Source of the DNA: an uncultured delta proteobacterium
GTDB taxonomy: Bacteria > Myxococcota_A > Polyangia > Polyangiales > Polyangiaceae
DNA length: 64,000 nucleotides
Direction: 5' to 3'
Assembly (NCBI GenBank): GCA_963806225.1
Contig: CAWDXG010000002.1
Location: 30,787 to 94,786 of the forward strand
Position numbers and translations under genes: made by a program. Below the pieces are notes generated by a model that worked only from the letters and a program-made list of their open reading frames with translations, ran no database searches and was not told where the DNA came from. Of the stretch, positions 11,108-22,702 are shown in pieces; the first letter of the stretch is position 1, and every line of letters begins with the position of its first letter.

Positions 11108-12511
11108 ATGAAGATCGATTTTCTGGGCGCTGCCCAGACTGTCACGGGCTCCATGCACCTGGTGCATACCAGCAGCGCGACGGTGCTGCTCGACTGCGGC
11201 CTGTTCCAGGGGCGGAGGCAGGAATCACTCGAGCGCAACAAGAACCTGCCGCTCGACCCCGACCGCATCGACGCCGTGGTGCTCTCGCACGCGCACATCG
11301 ACCACTCGGGCGCCTTGCCGATGCTCGTCAAGCGCGGCTACGCCGGCCCCATCTTCACCACGCCGGCCACGCACGACCTGTGCGCCGCGATGCTGGCCGA
11401 CTCCGCCCGGATCCAGGCGGCAGACGCCCGCTACATCAACAAGATGATCGAGCGCGAGCACTCCGGGATGGATCCGGTCGAGCCGCTCTACGACGAGGAG
11501 GACGTGGTCGACACGCTCGGGCAGATGGTCGCGCTCGGCTACCACCGCCGTCACCAGGTCGCGCCGGGCGTCACGCTCACCTATCTCGACGCCGGCCACG
11601 TGCTGGGTAGTGCGATCGTCGTGCTGGACATCGACGACGACGGGCAGGAGCAGCGACTGGTGTTCACCGGCGACCTGGGGCGGCGCCGCATCCCGATCCT
11701 GCGCGATCCGGAGATCCCCGACGGCGCCCACGTGCTGCTCAGCGAGAGCACCTACGGCGACCGGCTGCACGACCCTGTCGAACGCATGGACGACGATCTG
11801 GCCAAGGTCCTGCAGCGCACGCACAAGCGCCATGGCAAGGTCGTGATCCCCTCGTTCGCGCTGGAGCGCGCGCAGGAGATCGTCTACGCGCTCAAGCGGC
11901 TGAAGAAGGCGGGGCGCATTCCGCGGATGCCGGTGTACGTCGATTCGCCGCTGACGGTGAAGATCACCGAGGTCTTCAAGATGCACCCCGAGTGCTACGA
12001 CAAGGACGCCCGGACGCTGCTCGCCAGCTCCGACTCGCCCTTCGAGTTCGACGGTCTCGAGTACATCACGGACAAGGAAGACTCGAAGGCCATCGACGCC
12101 GCCGACGAGTCGTCCATCATCATTTCCGCGAGCGGGATGTGCGAGGCGGGGCGCGTTCTGCACCACCTCAAGTCCACCATCGAGGACCCGAAGAACGCCG
12201 TGGTGATCGTCGGGTTCCAGGCGCAGCACACGCTCGGGCGCCGGCTGGTCGAACGGCGCGAGCGCGTGCGGATCTTCGGCGTGGAGCGGAACCTCCGCGC
12301 CGAAGTGACCGTGCTGAACGGCTTCAGCGCCCACGCCGACCAGGAGGATCTGATCGACTTCGCCGAGAAGGTCCGCGAGCGCGGCAAGCTCCGCGCCGTG
12401 GCGCTGGTCCACGGCGAGCCCAAGGCACAGGCCGTTCTCCGCGCACTGCTCGAGGAGCGCCATTTTCCGACCGTCCACGTCCCGGCCCGGGGCGAGACGA
12501 TCCGGTTCTGA
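11108..12511 (+). CDS. MBL-fold beta-CASP metallo-hydrolase (RNase-like)
   Basis: FLGAAQTVTGS, LSHAHIDHSG, AGHVLG, ESTYG, SASGM, FSAHAD, VHGE. Confidence 0.93.
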   Translation: MKIDFLGAAQTVTGSMHLVHTSSATVLLDCGLFQGRRQESLERNKNLPLDPDRIDAVVLSHAHIDHSGALPMLVKRGYAGPIFTTPATHDLCAAMLADSARIQAADARYINKMIEREHSGMDPVEPLYDEEDVVDTLGQMVALGYHRRHQVAPGVTLTYLDAGHVLGSAIVVLDIDDDGQEQRLVFTGDLGRRRIPILRDPEIPDGAHVLLSESTYGDRLHDPVERMDDDLAKVLQRTHKRHGKVVIPSFALERAQEIVYALKRLKKAGRIPRMPVYVDSPLTVKITEVFKMHPECYDKDARTLLASSDSPFEFDGLEYITDKEDSKAIDAADESSIIISASGMCEAGRVLHHLKSTIEDPKNAVVIVGFQAQHTLGRRLVERRERVRIFGVERNLRAEVTVLNGFSAHADQEDLIDFAEKVRERGKLRAVALVHGEPKAQAVLRALLEERHFPTVHVPARGETIRF

Positions 12512-12553
12512 ACGCACGCTGCACGCCCGCGGATTTTCGCCTACCCTCGGGCC

Positions 12554-13018
12554 ATGAGCGAACAGAGCCTGCAGGACCGCTACGCCCCAGAGAACCGCTG
12601 CTTCGGCTGCGGCCCCGCCAACGACAAGGGACTGCGCATCAAGAGCTTCGTCCGGGGCGACGACGTGGTGGCGAGCTTCCAGCCCGCGCCCCACCATCTC
12701 GCGTTCGAGGGCATGCTGAACGGCGGCATCGCCGGCGCACTGCTCGACTGCCACAGCAACTGGACCGCCGCCTGGGCGATGATGCAGGACCGCGGTATCG
12801 ACACGCCACCCTGCACGGTCACCGCCGAATTCCACGTCAAACTGCGTGCGCCGACGCCGATGGACAAGCCGCTCGAGCTGCACGCCAAGCCGGTCAGCGT
12901 CGAGGGCGACAAGGTCGTCGTCGAGGCACGTATCGACGCGGGGGGAAAGACCACGGCCACCTGCCGCGGCGTGTTCGTCGCGGTCAAGGAGGGCCACCCG
13001 GCCTTCCACCGCTGGTAG
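12554..13018 (+). CDS. PaaI/hotdog-fold thioesterase
   Basis: CFGCGPANDKGL, NGGIAGALLD, VTAEFHVKLRAPTP. Confidence 0.88.
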   Translation: MSEQSLQDRYAPENRCFGCGPANDKGLRIKSFVRGDDVVASFQPAPHHLAFEGMLNGGIAGALLDCHSNWTAAWAMMQDRGIDTPPCTVTAEFHVKLRAPTPMDKPLELHAKPVSVEGDKVVVEARIDAGGKTTATCRGVFVAVKEGHPAFHRW

Positions 13019-13021
13019 CGG

Positions 13022-14147
13022 CTACTTCACGACCGAGCCGAGATCCTGATCGACCTCGCGGGCCGAGCTCTCGAGGACCTTCGCGTACCAGCGGGTGTAC
13101 TCCGTGCGGGCCAGGTACTCCGGCTTGTCGCCCTTGCTGGACGGGACCTTGTACAGCTCTAGATGTCCGAGCTTGTCGCGTGAGCCGTCGAAGTAGTCCA
13201 CTTCGGCAACGAGAATCCGCGGGCGAAGGCGGAGACGCGGGCTTTTCCACGTAGCTCATCACGCGCAGCCGCCCGAGCTTGTCGAGCCAGTTTCCGGCGG
13301 TCTCGTCCAGCTTCGTCGGCGAGGCCGCGTCCGCCCAGGCATCGCGCTTGTCCGGCATGCGAACCAGATCGCGGTGCGACTTGCCCTTGCTGACGCGCAT
13401 GCGCTTGACCTCCTCGGGCTTGAACCCGTGCAGGTCGTGTTCCACCAGGCGCGACTCGGCAAACATCATGTTCCGGCTGATCTCGCCCGGAATCGCGTAC
13501 ACCAGGCCGGTGGCCTTTTCGCGCGCATAGCGGTCGCCGCCGCCGGGCGTCGTCCCGCCGAGCACCAGCGTGTGCTGCTTTCCGCCGATGACGACGTGGA
13601 GCGTGCCGCTCGGCTTGTCCAGGCCGAAGTCCGGCTCGCGCGACTTGTCGACCTTGCCGATGGACCGGTAGGCCATCAGCGGCGCCAGGCTCTTGACCAG
13701 CTTGTCGGCGCCCTCCACCGAGACAAAGCTCATCGCCTCGTGGTGCGTGACCATCTCCGGCTTCGCGGGCGGCTTCGGTTTCTCTGCTCCCGCGTCCCCC
13801 GACCTGGCTGCCGCGCCGCCGGCGTCCGTCGCCGTGGTGCCGGAGTCACCCGGTGCGCCCGCGTCGGTCGTTTCCGGGGGCGGCGTGGGTTTGGGACTCT
13901 GGTAGGTCCGGTCCACCGTGCCGACGTACCAGTGCCCGTGAGCGTCCTTGTGGGCAACCAGCGTGACCTTGCGCTTGTCGCCGTCGAACTCGACGCGCTG
14001 GACCTGGTCCGGAGCGCCGGCCCAGACCTTCACCTGCTCGCGCGCCTCGGCCACGGGCTTGTCGCTCCGCGTCCACACGAGCAGCGCGAGCACGGCCGCC
14101 ACCACCAGGAGCCCGCCGTGGAGCAGCAGTCCCTTGAAGCCGCTCAT
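13022..14147 (-). CDS. DUF4340-like protein (+1 frameshift at 13214-13215)
   Basis: N-terminal TM, FGLDKP motif, last gene of the Gld-like operon; corrected frame continues LVAEVDYFDG...LGSVVK stop. Confidence 0.8.
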
Positions 14148-16435
14148 GCGTTGCCTGCCTTGTCCTTGGAGCGCCGCCGGCGCCGCGGGCGGCGCGAACG
14201 GCGGCTGAACAGAAGCCCGAGCCCGAGCACCAGCGCAGGCGCGCCGAAGATCGTCGCGTAGAACCAGATCAGGTCCTTCTGCTTGGTGTGCTGGATCGGC
14301 ACGTCCTCTTCGGTGTTGACCTCGCCGGCGAAGCTCTCCTCACCGCCCAGCCAGCGCACCGCGTCCACGAACCAGAGCTGGTTGGTCATCACCCGCCCGA
14401 GCACCAGATCGCTGAAGGCATCCGCGTCGGCCAGCACGAAGGCGCGCATCTCGTCGGGACCGCCCTTCTTGCTGGCCGGCTTCTTCTTCTTCGCTCCGGC
14501 CGCGGGACTCTCCACGGCCGCCGCGATGTTGAAGATGGAGCGCTTCTCGTTGTCGTCGAGCTTGTAGTCGTGATTCTCGTCGGCGAACGTGCCCGGCATC
14601 GTGCGCACGGCAAAGTCGACCTTGTCGGTCGAGCCTGGAGCGCGCTCCAGGCTGCCCGCGCCGAACACCACGACGGCCGCCCCGCGCGATGCGTTGCGGC
14701 TCAGCGTCGAGACCGAGGCGTGCGACGAGAAGCGATTCGTCACCAGCTGGACGCGGTCGGAGTCGTTGAAGCGACGGCGCACGTAGTTGCGGTCGTTCGC
14801 CAGGATCGCCGGGTCGAGCGTCAGGCCGACGACGTGCGCCAGCGCCTCGAGGCCGCTGAGGGTCGAGGCGTCGCCGGCGCCGCTGCCCGGCTGCTCGCTG
14901 CCCGGTGCAGCGGGCAGGGCCGAGCCGGCGGGCGGCGGGCTCTTCTCGGCGGCCTTGCCGGAATGGGCCGGGACGGGCGGGTCCGCGTGTCCGGCGGGAG
15001 CGCCCGACGCCGCACCGAGCGGCGCGTCGGAGAGCGCGAGGTTCGCCGAAGGCAACGCGTCCGGGTCCAGCGCCATCAGCACGTGCCCGCCTCGCTTCAC
15101 GTAGCGCTGGAGCGACGCGACCTCCTCGGGTGCGAACGGCTGCGACGGACCGAGAATCAACACGAGGTCCGCGTCCTTGGGCACATCACTCGCCAGGCCC
15201 TGTGACAGACCGAGGTTCTTTACAACGTAGTTCTGCCGCTGCAGGAGCAAGCGGGCGATCCGCGACGAGCGCCCGTTGTTCTTCGGGCTGGCGGCCTCGG
15301 CGTCGGAGATCTCGCCGTGCCCGACGGTGAGGTAGGCCGTGCGCTCGGACCGCACCAGCTTCAAGAGCTTGGCCTGGAAGTCGCGGTCCAGCGTCTTGAG
15401 CTTGGGCCGCGCGTCCTTCATGTCTGTGCCGATGTCGAGCGTCTCCGTCGTCTCGCCCTTGGCGAGCACGATGATCCCGTCGCGCATGGCGTGCAGCTTG
15501 CGGGACAGCTTCGGCACCAGCAGCCGGTCCTTGATCTGGACCTGCAGTTTCGGCACGCCGCGTGAGAGATCGTCGAGGTAGTGCTTCACCTGCGTGCGCA
15601 CGTCGTTCACGTCCGGGAAGAACGCGATGACTTTCACCGGCTTGTCCAGCGCATCCGCCATCTTGCGGGTGGACTCGCTGGGCTTCGAGGTCTTGAAGTA
15701 CGAGTAGTCGACGCGGAGATCGACGCCCTGCGCGGCGTACACGAACAGCGCACCGTACACCGCGGCGAGCACCAGCATCAGCCCGCTAGCGGCGGCCGCG
15801 CGTACCCGGCGGCTCTCGGGGCGCTCCGCATGCCGCATGGGATAGAGCGCGCCCTCGGCAAACAGCATGGGCACGACGCTCAACCCGACAAGCGCGATCC
15901 AGAGAACCGTCAGCACGCCCTCGACACGGTCGCGCGTGACGGTCTGGGCCGTATCGAGCCCCAGCTTGGCTGTTCCCCAGTCGGTCGTGGCGAAGTACAG
16001 CGCCAACCCGACCAGCCCCGTGATCGACAGCGCGGCGAGCAGGCGCTCGATGTGCCGCCGCTCGCCGCCTACACGGAAGCGCGGTGAGAAGCGCACGCCC
16101 GTCGCCAGGACCACCGCAGCCAGACCTGTGCCGCTGAAGACCCAGTGCCAGGTCGGGTTCGCGGAAAGCACCCGTTCGCCCAGGTACACGAGCACCAGGC
16201 CGACGACGTAGAGCGGCACCACCCACGCCGGCGCTGGGCGGCCGTGCGGAGAGCCCGCCGGCGCGACAGGCGGAGGGCCACTGCCCCCCTGCTTTCCCGC
16301 CTCACCGCCGGCTTCGGCATCCGCGGGCACGGCGGCCTCCGCAGACGGGTCGACGGCAGCCGCCCCGGCGGATCCCTCGCCAGCACCCGGGGCCTCTTCC
16401 TCCTCGCGCCCGGGGCGCTCCTCGTCTACCGCCAT
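14144..16435 (-). CDS. GldG-like ABC transporter auxiliary component
   Basis: YLTVGHGE, LVLILGPSQPF, C-terminal TM followed by an Arg-rich tail; extra N-terminal TM helices. Confidence 0.85.
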   Translation of the reverse strand: MAVDEERPGREEEEAPGAGEGSAGAAAVDPSAEAAVPADAEAGGEAGKQGGSGPPPVAPAGSPHGRPAPAWVVPLYVVGLVLVYLGERVLSANPTWHWVFSGTGLAAVVLATGVRFSPRFRVGGERRHIERLLAALSITGLVGLALYFATTDWGTAKLGLDTAQTVTRDRVEGVLTVLWIALVGLSVVPMLFAEGALYPMRHAERPESRRVRAAAASGLMLVLAAVYGALFVYAAQGVDLRVDYSYFKTSKPSESTRKMADALDKPVKVIAFFPDVNDVRTQVKHYLDDLSRGVPKLQVQIKDRLLVPKLSRKLHAMRDGIIVLAKGETTETLDIGTDMKDARPKLKTLDRDFQAKLLKLVRSERTAYLTVGHGEISDAEAASPKNNGRSSRIARLLLQRQNYVVKNLGLSQGLASDVPKDADLVLILGPSQPFAPEEVASLQRYVKRGGHVLMALDPDALPSANLALSDAPLGAASGAPAGHADPPVPAHSGKAAEKSPPPAGSALPAAPGSEQPGSGAGDASTLSGLEALAHVVGLTLDPAILANDRNYVRRRFNDSDRVQLVTNRFSSHASVSTLSRNASRGAAVVVFGAGSLERAPGSTDKVDFAVRTMPGTFADENHDYKLDDNEKRSIFNIAAAVESPAAGAKKKKPASKKGGPDEMRAFVLADADAFSDLVLGRVMTNQLWFVDAVRWLGGEESFAGEVNTEEDVPIQHTKQKDLIWFYATIFGAPALVLGLGLLFSRRSRRPRRRRRSKDKAGNA

Positions 16436-17148
16436 CGGCGCGCCTCCAGGCTCTTCGTGGCAGCCAGCAGGAAGAAATAGCTGACGGCGATGTAGTAGAC
16501 GACGTGCGACAGCTCGAGCGTGCCGACCATGAAGGCGCGTTGGTTCTCGTGGTGCAGTGCCAGCGCCGCCAGGAACGTGTTGAGCGGCGGATCGGTCGCG
16601 CGCGCGATCGCCCAGAGCAGGAGCATCGGCACCAGGATCACCACACCGACGATCGCCGCTACCACCTGCGACTTCGCCAGCGACGACGCGAACAGGCCGA
16701 TCGAGACGGTGGCCGCGCCGAGCAAGAGCAGCCCGAGGTATCCGACCACGATATGCCCGACGCTGACCTTGCCGTTCACGAAGATGAGCAGCGGCATGTA
16801 CACGGTCAGCACGGTCGTGAGCGCGATCATGCCGAACGCCGACAGGAACTTGCCGAGCACGATGTCGCGGTCACGGATCGGCGCGGTGTTCAGCAGCGTC
16901 AGCGTGCCGGTCTGCCGCTCCTCGGCCAGAAGCCGCATGCTGAGCACGATGCTGGCCACCATCGTCGCGCCGCTCGCACCGTAGAAGAACTGCTGCAGCA
17001 CCTGCGCGCTCAGCAGCTTTTCCGTCAGCCCCTGCCAGTAAAAATAGATGCCATCGAAGAGCAGAACGCCGGCGATGATGACCGAGCCGAGCGGCGAGCG
17101 CAGATACGCGTACAGCTCGCGGCGGGCGATGAGCAGAGCGCGGCTCAT
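16426..17148 (-). CDS. ABC-2 permease (GldF-like)
   Basis: IARRELYAYLRSP, MRLLAEERQTGT..LL.TAP, six TM. Confidence 0.9.
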   Translation of the reverse strand: MSRALLIARRELYAYLRSPLGSVIIAGVLLFDGIYFYWQGLTEKLLSAQVLQQFFYGASGATMVASIVLSMRLLAEERQTGTLTLLNTAPIRDRDIVLGKFLSAFGMIALTTVLTVYMPLLIFVNGKVSVGHIVVGYLGLLLLGAATVSIGLFASSLAKSQVVAAIVGVVILVPMLLLWAIARATDPPLNTFLAALALHHENQRAFMVGTLELSHVVYYIAVSYFFLLAATKSLEARRWR

Positions 17149-18173
17149 GGCTGCTCCTCGGCCGGCGGCAGCGGCGCCTCTGGTTTCGGTGCACGCCGTC
17201 GCCGCTTGCGCTTGGCGCGCTTGAGCCCCTCGACGGGTGCGGAAAGCTGCAGGAACACACTCTCGAGCTCGTGCTCGCTGCGTGCCAGCTGGAGGATGCC
17301 GACATCCGCCTGGACCAGCGCGCGGCACAGGGCGTCCCGCACGTCCTTCGAGGCCTGGACGCTGTAGCTGACGACGCCCTTGCCGGGCTCCAGCGGATCG
17401 ATCTCTTCCACTTCCTGTACGCCGTCGACACCGCCGATCACGGCCTCGACCCCGGCGCGCTCGCGATCGCCGAGGCGTAGGCTCACGTCGACCCGCATAC
17501 CGGACAAGAGCCGTTCGGACAGCTCCGCCTCGGTTCCAGAAGCCACGATCTGCCCGTCGCGGATCACCAGGATGCGATCGCAGGTTTCGCTGATCTCCGA
17601 GAGGATGTGGCTCGAGACGACGACCGTGTGCTCGCCGCCAAGGCTCCGCACCAGGTCGCGCATCTCGACGATCTGCACCGGGTCCAGCCCCGAGATGGGC
17701 TCATCCAGCACCACCAGCGCGGGCCGGTGCAGGATCGCCTGGGCGATGCCGACGCGCTGGCGGTAGCCGTGCGACAGCGACAGGATGAGATCGTCGAGCA
17801 CGCCGCCGATCTCGGTGAGCTCGGCGACCTCGGCGATGCGCCGGTCGATGTCCGCCCGGCTCATGCTGCGCAGCTTCCCGGCGAAAGCCAGGTACTCGCG
17901 CACGCGCATTTCACCGTAGAGCGGCGGCACGTCCGGCAGGTAGCCGATGCGCTGCTTGACCTCCTCGGGCCTCTCCACCACGTCCACCCCGTCGACGCGG
18001 ACGGTGCCGCTCGTCGGCAGGAGGTCGCAGGCCAGCACGCGCAGCGTGGTGGTCTTTCCGGCGCCGTTCAGGCCCAGGAGCCCGACGATCTCGCCCTTTT
18101 CTATGCGGGCGGTCACCGGGCCGATGGCGCGACGATCGCCGTAGTATTTGTGCAGCTCGCGGATCTCGATCAC
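17145..18173 (-). CDS. ABC ATP-binding protein (GldA-like)
   Basis: Walker A GLNGAGKTT, LSHGYRQRV, Walker B VVLDEP, SSH. Confidence 0.93.
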   Translation of the reverse strand: MIEIRELHKYYGDRRAIGPVTARIEKGEIVGLLGLNGAGKTTTLRVLACDLLPTSGTVRVDGVDVVERPEEVKQRIGYLPDVPPLYGEMRVREYLAFAGKLRSMSRADIDRRIAEVAELTEIGGVLDDLILSLSHGYRQRVGIAQAILHRPALVVLDEPISGLDPVQIVEMRDLVRSLGGEHTVVVSSHILSEISETCDRILVIRDGQIVASGTEAELSERLLSGMRVDVSLRLGDRERAGVEAVIGGVDGVQEVEEIDPLEPGKGVVSYSVQASKDVRDALCRALVQADVGILQLARSEHELESVFLQLSAPVEGLKRAKRKRRRRAPKPEAPLPPAEEQP

Positions 18174-18353
18174 GGCTTGGCTCTGGTTTGTGCCGGAACC
18201 CGCGCCCAACTGGCTTTTCCAGCTGGCGCGACAACCCCGGGGCACGAATCAAGAACAGGGCGGGGTTATTCCCCGACCGGGCCCCGGATCGCAACCCATT
18301 GTCGAGGCGGCTGGCTCGATCCAGCGATGCACGGCAGAGTAGCCGCCAGCCAG

Positions 18354-19592
<1,239 letters not shown>

Positions 19593-19626
19593 CCGCCGCG
19601 CGCCGCGCGCGTACCGATGAAGGCCG

Positions 19627-19942
19627 ATGCGACGAGCGAGCTGGGGACGGCATCTCGGCAGCGCCATCGTGCTGCTGTTCGCGCTGGATGTGGCCTCTGC
19701 GGCGTGGGCCGCAGAATCCCGCGCCGGCAGCGTCGGCCAGCGCGGCGCCGGCCGCGACAGCCAGCGCGGCAGCGCCCGCGGCGAGCGCCGCAGCCGGCGG
19801 TCGCGCTCACGCCAGGGGTCTCTTCCACGGTCACGCGCGGCGCCCCATCTTCCTGGGTCTGCTCGCAGCGGCGTTTCTTATCATCGGCGCGCTGGCCGGC
19901 GCCAACGACCGGCCCGGCGGCGATCCGCCCAAGACCACGTAG
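19627..19942 (+). CDS. Small secreted/anchored Ala-rich protein (+1 frameshift near 19716)
   Basis: Signal peptide in one frame joins an Ala-rich linker and TM helix (PIFLGLLAAAFLIIGAL) in the next frame. Confidence 0.5.
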
Positions 19943-19998
19943 CGAGTCCGGCGAGGGGCTTCGTCGCCTGGACAGCTCTGGGCCGCCTGGAAGCGTCC

Positions 19999-21504
19999 CT
20001 ACAGCTGCGTACGGATCACGCGGCCCTTCAACGTCGCCGTGCTGGCGGGGGCCGGCTTCTTGTTCGACAGCACCTGCTTGGCGTGCTGGGCCTTCTGGAA
20101 CGCCTGGAGCGCCGCGCGCTTGTTCGCGGCCGCCGCTTCGGCCTCGGCCTTCTTCTGCTCTGCCTCCTGCTCGGCGGCAGCCTTCTTGGACGCGGACTTC
20201 TCGTTGTCGGCCCTCTTCTGCGCGTCGACGGCCTCCTGCTCGAGCTTCTTCTTCTCTGCGATGGCCTTGTCGAGCGCCGCCTTCTGCGCGAGGGCCTTCG
20301 CTTCCGCCGCTTTCTGCTGGGCTTCCTGCTCCGCTCGCGCGCTCGCCGCTGCGCGGGCGGCCTGCGCTTTCGCGGCCGCAGCCGTAGCGCGGAAGTGCAG
20401 TGCCACGCCCGTGCCTCCCCCGACCAGCAGGAGCACGACGACGCCCAGCGCAACGAACATGCCCGCCTTGCTCTTCTTCTGCTGCAGCGGCTGTGCCGAC
20501 CCGGACCCGGAGAACGAGCCGGTGCTCGACCAGACTCCGGGCGTGCCCGTCTGGATCGGCTGCCCCGGCGTGACGACGCTGGGCATCGAGGCGCGCTGCT
20601 GGGCCGCACCCGGGCCGGACGGCAGGGCTTCAGGCCCGACACCCGTCTGCGCCCAGGCATCCAGCGCTTGCTGGAACTCCTCGGCCGTCTGGTAGCGATG
20701 CGCCGCTTCGCGCGCCATGCCCCTGGCGATGATCGCGGCGAAGCCGGGATCGATGTCCGGGACCAGCTGCTCCACCGGCGGCGGCTGCTCGAGCACGATC
20801 TTGAACAAGAGCTCGTTGAACGTGTCGGCGTTGAAGGGGACCTGGCCGGTCACGCTCTCGTAGAGGATGACGCCCACCGCGTATAGATCCGCGCGATGGT
20901 CCATTTCCTTCGCGCCCTTCGCCTGCTCCGGCGACATGTAGTACGGCGTGCCCATCACGGCGCCGGTGCGCGTCATGCTGAAGCCGCTCTCGCCCGATAG
21001 CTGGCTGAACTTGGAGATCCCGAAGTCGAGGAGCTTGGCGAAGTCCGCCTGGCCTCTGCGTCCCTTGAGCAGGTAGACGTTGTCGGGCTTCAGATCGCGG
21101 TGGATGATGCCCGCGCCGTGCGCCGCCTCGAGCCCCTCGAGCATCTGGCGCGCGATCGGGTAGAGCTGGGCGGGCGATAGCCGCCCGTACGACTGGATCC
21201 GATCCGACAGGCTTTCGCCGTCGAGGAACTCCATGACCATGTAGCGGTCGCCGTTGGCCAGATTGCCCAGATCGAGGACCTCGACGATGTGCTCCGAGCC
21301 GATGCGTCCGGCGGCCTGCGCCTCGCGCTCGAAGCGCTGCACGGCATCCGCGTTCTCGGCGACCCCCGCGTGCAGCACCTTGATGGCGACGCGCCGGTGG
21401 ATGCGCAGGTTCTCGCCCTCGTAGACCGCACCCATGCCACCCTCGCCGATCAAGCGAACGATGCGGTACTTCTCGTCGATGATGTCGCCGGTCGTCAGAG
21501 CCAT
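19999..21504 (-). CDS. Ser/Thr protein kinase with TM and Ala/Lys coiled-coil tail
   Basis: GEGGMG, VAIK, HRDLKPDN, DFG, GTPYYMSPEQ. Confidence 0.97.
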   Translation of the reverse strand: MALTTGDIIDEKYRIVRLIGEGGMGAVYEGENLRIHRRVAIKVLHAGVAENADAVQRFEREAQAAGRIGSEHIVEVLDLGNLANGDRYMVMEFLDGESLSDRIQSYGRLSPAQLYPIARQMLEGLEAAHGAGIIHRDLKPDNVYLLKGRRGQADFAKLLDFGISKFSQLSGESGFSMTRTGAVMGTPYYMSPEQAKGAKEMDHRADLYAVGVILYESVTGQVPFNADTFNELLFKIVLEQPPPVEQLVPDIDPGFAAIIARGMAREAAHRYQTAEEFQQALDAWAQTGVGPEALPSGPGAAQQRASMPSVVTPGQPIQTGTPGVWSSTGSFSGSGSAQPLQQKKSKAGMFVALGVVVLLLVGGGTGVALHFRATAAAAKAQAARAAASARAEQEAQQKAAEAKALAQKAALDKAIAEKKKLEQEAVDAQKRADNEKSASKKAAAEQEAEQKKAEAEAAAANKRAALQAFQKAQHAKQVLSNKKPAPASTATLKGRVIRTQL

Positions 21505-21605
21505 CCGCGGGCCGCCATTCCCTTGACGTAGATCAAATCGACGCTAACACAGCCGGAAGCTTCCTGCCCAGCGCAGCGGCGCCCGCATGCGGATTTGCGG
21601 AAGGG

Positions 21606-22637
21606 CTAGAAACGCCCGGAAACCGACACACCACCCCCGCCAGGACCCACGGCTGGACTGAAGCGCAGGGCGGTGTCCTTCTGCGCCGGGACTTCCGGAC
21701 GGTCCAGGTACAGCACCGCGGTCACTCCCGCCGCCACAACCGCGCCGCCGAACAGCACGTCGGTGACCAGGTTCATGGTCTTGCCGCTGCTCCTCAGGCT
21801 GCTGGCCGCCGCTGGGTCGCTACCATCGTTGGCCGCGTTGAAATCGCTCTTCTTTTTCAGCGCCAGGGCTCCCGTGACGCCGGCGCCGACCGCAAGCGCG
21901 CCGGTCGCGGCCAACCCGATGAACACGCCGGTCGGGACCGGACGCGTGAGGGTCGGCGGAGGCGCCGTCCCAGCGCTGGTCCCGGCCGCCGCGGGCGTGG
22001 TCGGAGGCGTGGTCGGAACCGGCGCCGCCGAGGGCTTCTGCAGCTCGAAGACATGCGAGACGCTCCCGCTGGGCTGCGCGTCGAACACCCATTGTGCGTC
22101 GGTGTAGCCGTCGAGGTGCGCCGTGATGCGGTGGTGGCCCGGTCGGATCCCGAGCGCGAGCTCGCCGCCCTTCGACGCGTAGCGATTGACGACCGGTTCG
22201 CCGCGCACCGGGATCCGTTCGTCGACGTAGGACGCTCCAGCGGGCTTCGACTGCAGCTTCAGCGTCACCACGCTGGCTTGGAGCGTGGACAGATCGCGGC
22301 TGAACTGCGCGCGCTCCGCGGCACCCAGCTGCGTGCCGCCCCCTTGCAGGTACTTCTTGTAGGCGTCGATGGCTTCGCCGTCGCGCTCGAGCTTCATCGC
22401 GCAGATACCGAGATTGCCGAGGATCTTCCACGAGGGCGATTCGGCATATGCGGCCTTGAACTCGCGGTAGGCCTCTTCGTAGCGGGCTCCGTCCGGGTCC
22501 TGCATGAAGTTCACGCCGGCGCTGAAGTGCTTCCGCGCCGCGTCGGTGATGGGCACGTCGCCGGCCAGCGCCGGTGCCGCGACCGCCAGGACCAGCGCGC
22601 CGATGGCTCCCGGCATCAGGCGAAATCGAATGGGCAT
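21606..22637 (-). CDS. TPR/PEGA-like exported protein
   Basis: Signal peptide, TPR-like helices, PEGA-like PGHHRITA, C-terminal GVSVSGRF. Confidence 0.75.
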   Translation of the reverse strand: MPIRFRLMPGAIGALVLAVAAPALAGDVPITDAARKHFSAGVNFMQDPDGARYEEAYREFKAAYAESPSWKILGNLGICAMKLERDGEAIDAYKKYLQGGGTQLGAAERAQFSRDLSTLQASVVTLKLQSKPAGASYVDERIPVRGEPVVNRYASKGGELALGIRPGHHRITAHLDGYTDAQWVFDAQPSGSVSHVFELQKPSAAPVPTTPPTTPAAAGTSAGTAPPPTLTRPVPTGVFIGLAATGALAVGAGVTGALALKKKSDFNAANDGSDPAAASSLRSSGKTMNLVTDVLFGGAVVAAGVTAVLYLDRPEVPAQKDTALRFSPAVGPGGGGVSVSGRF

Positions 22638-22702
22638 GTCGATTCGAGAGCTTGCCTCCTGTCAATGCTTGAAGGCAAGTGCCGGGCGGCATCGGCCCCT
22701 CG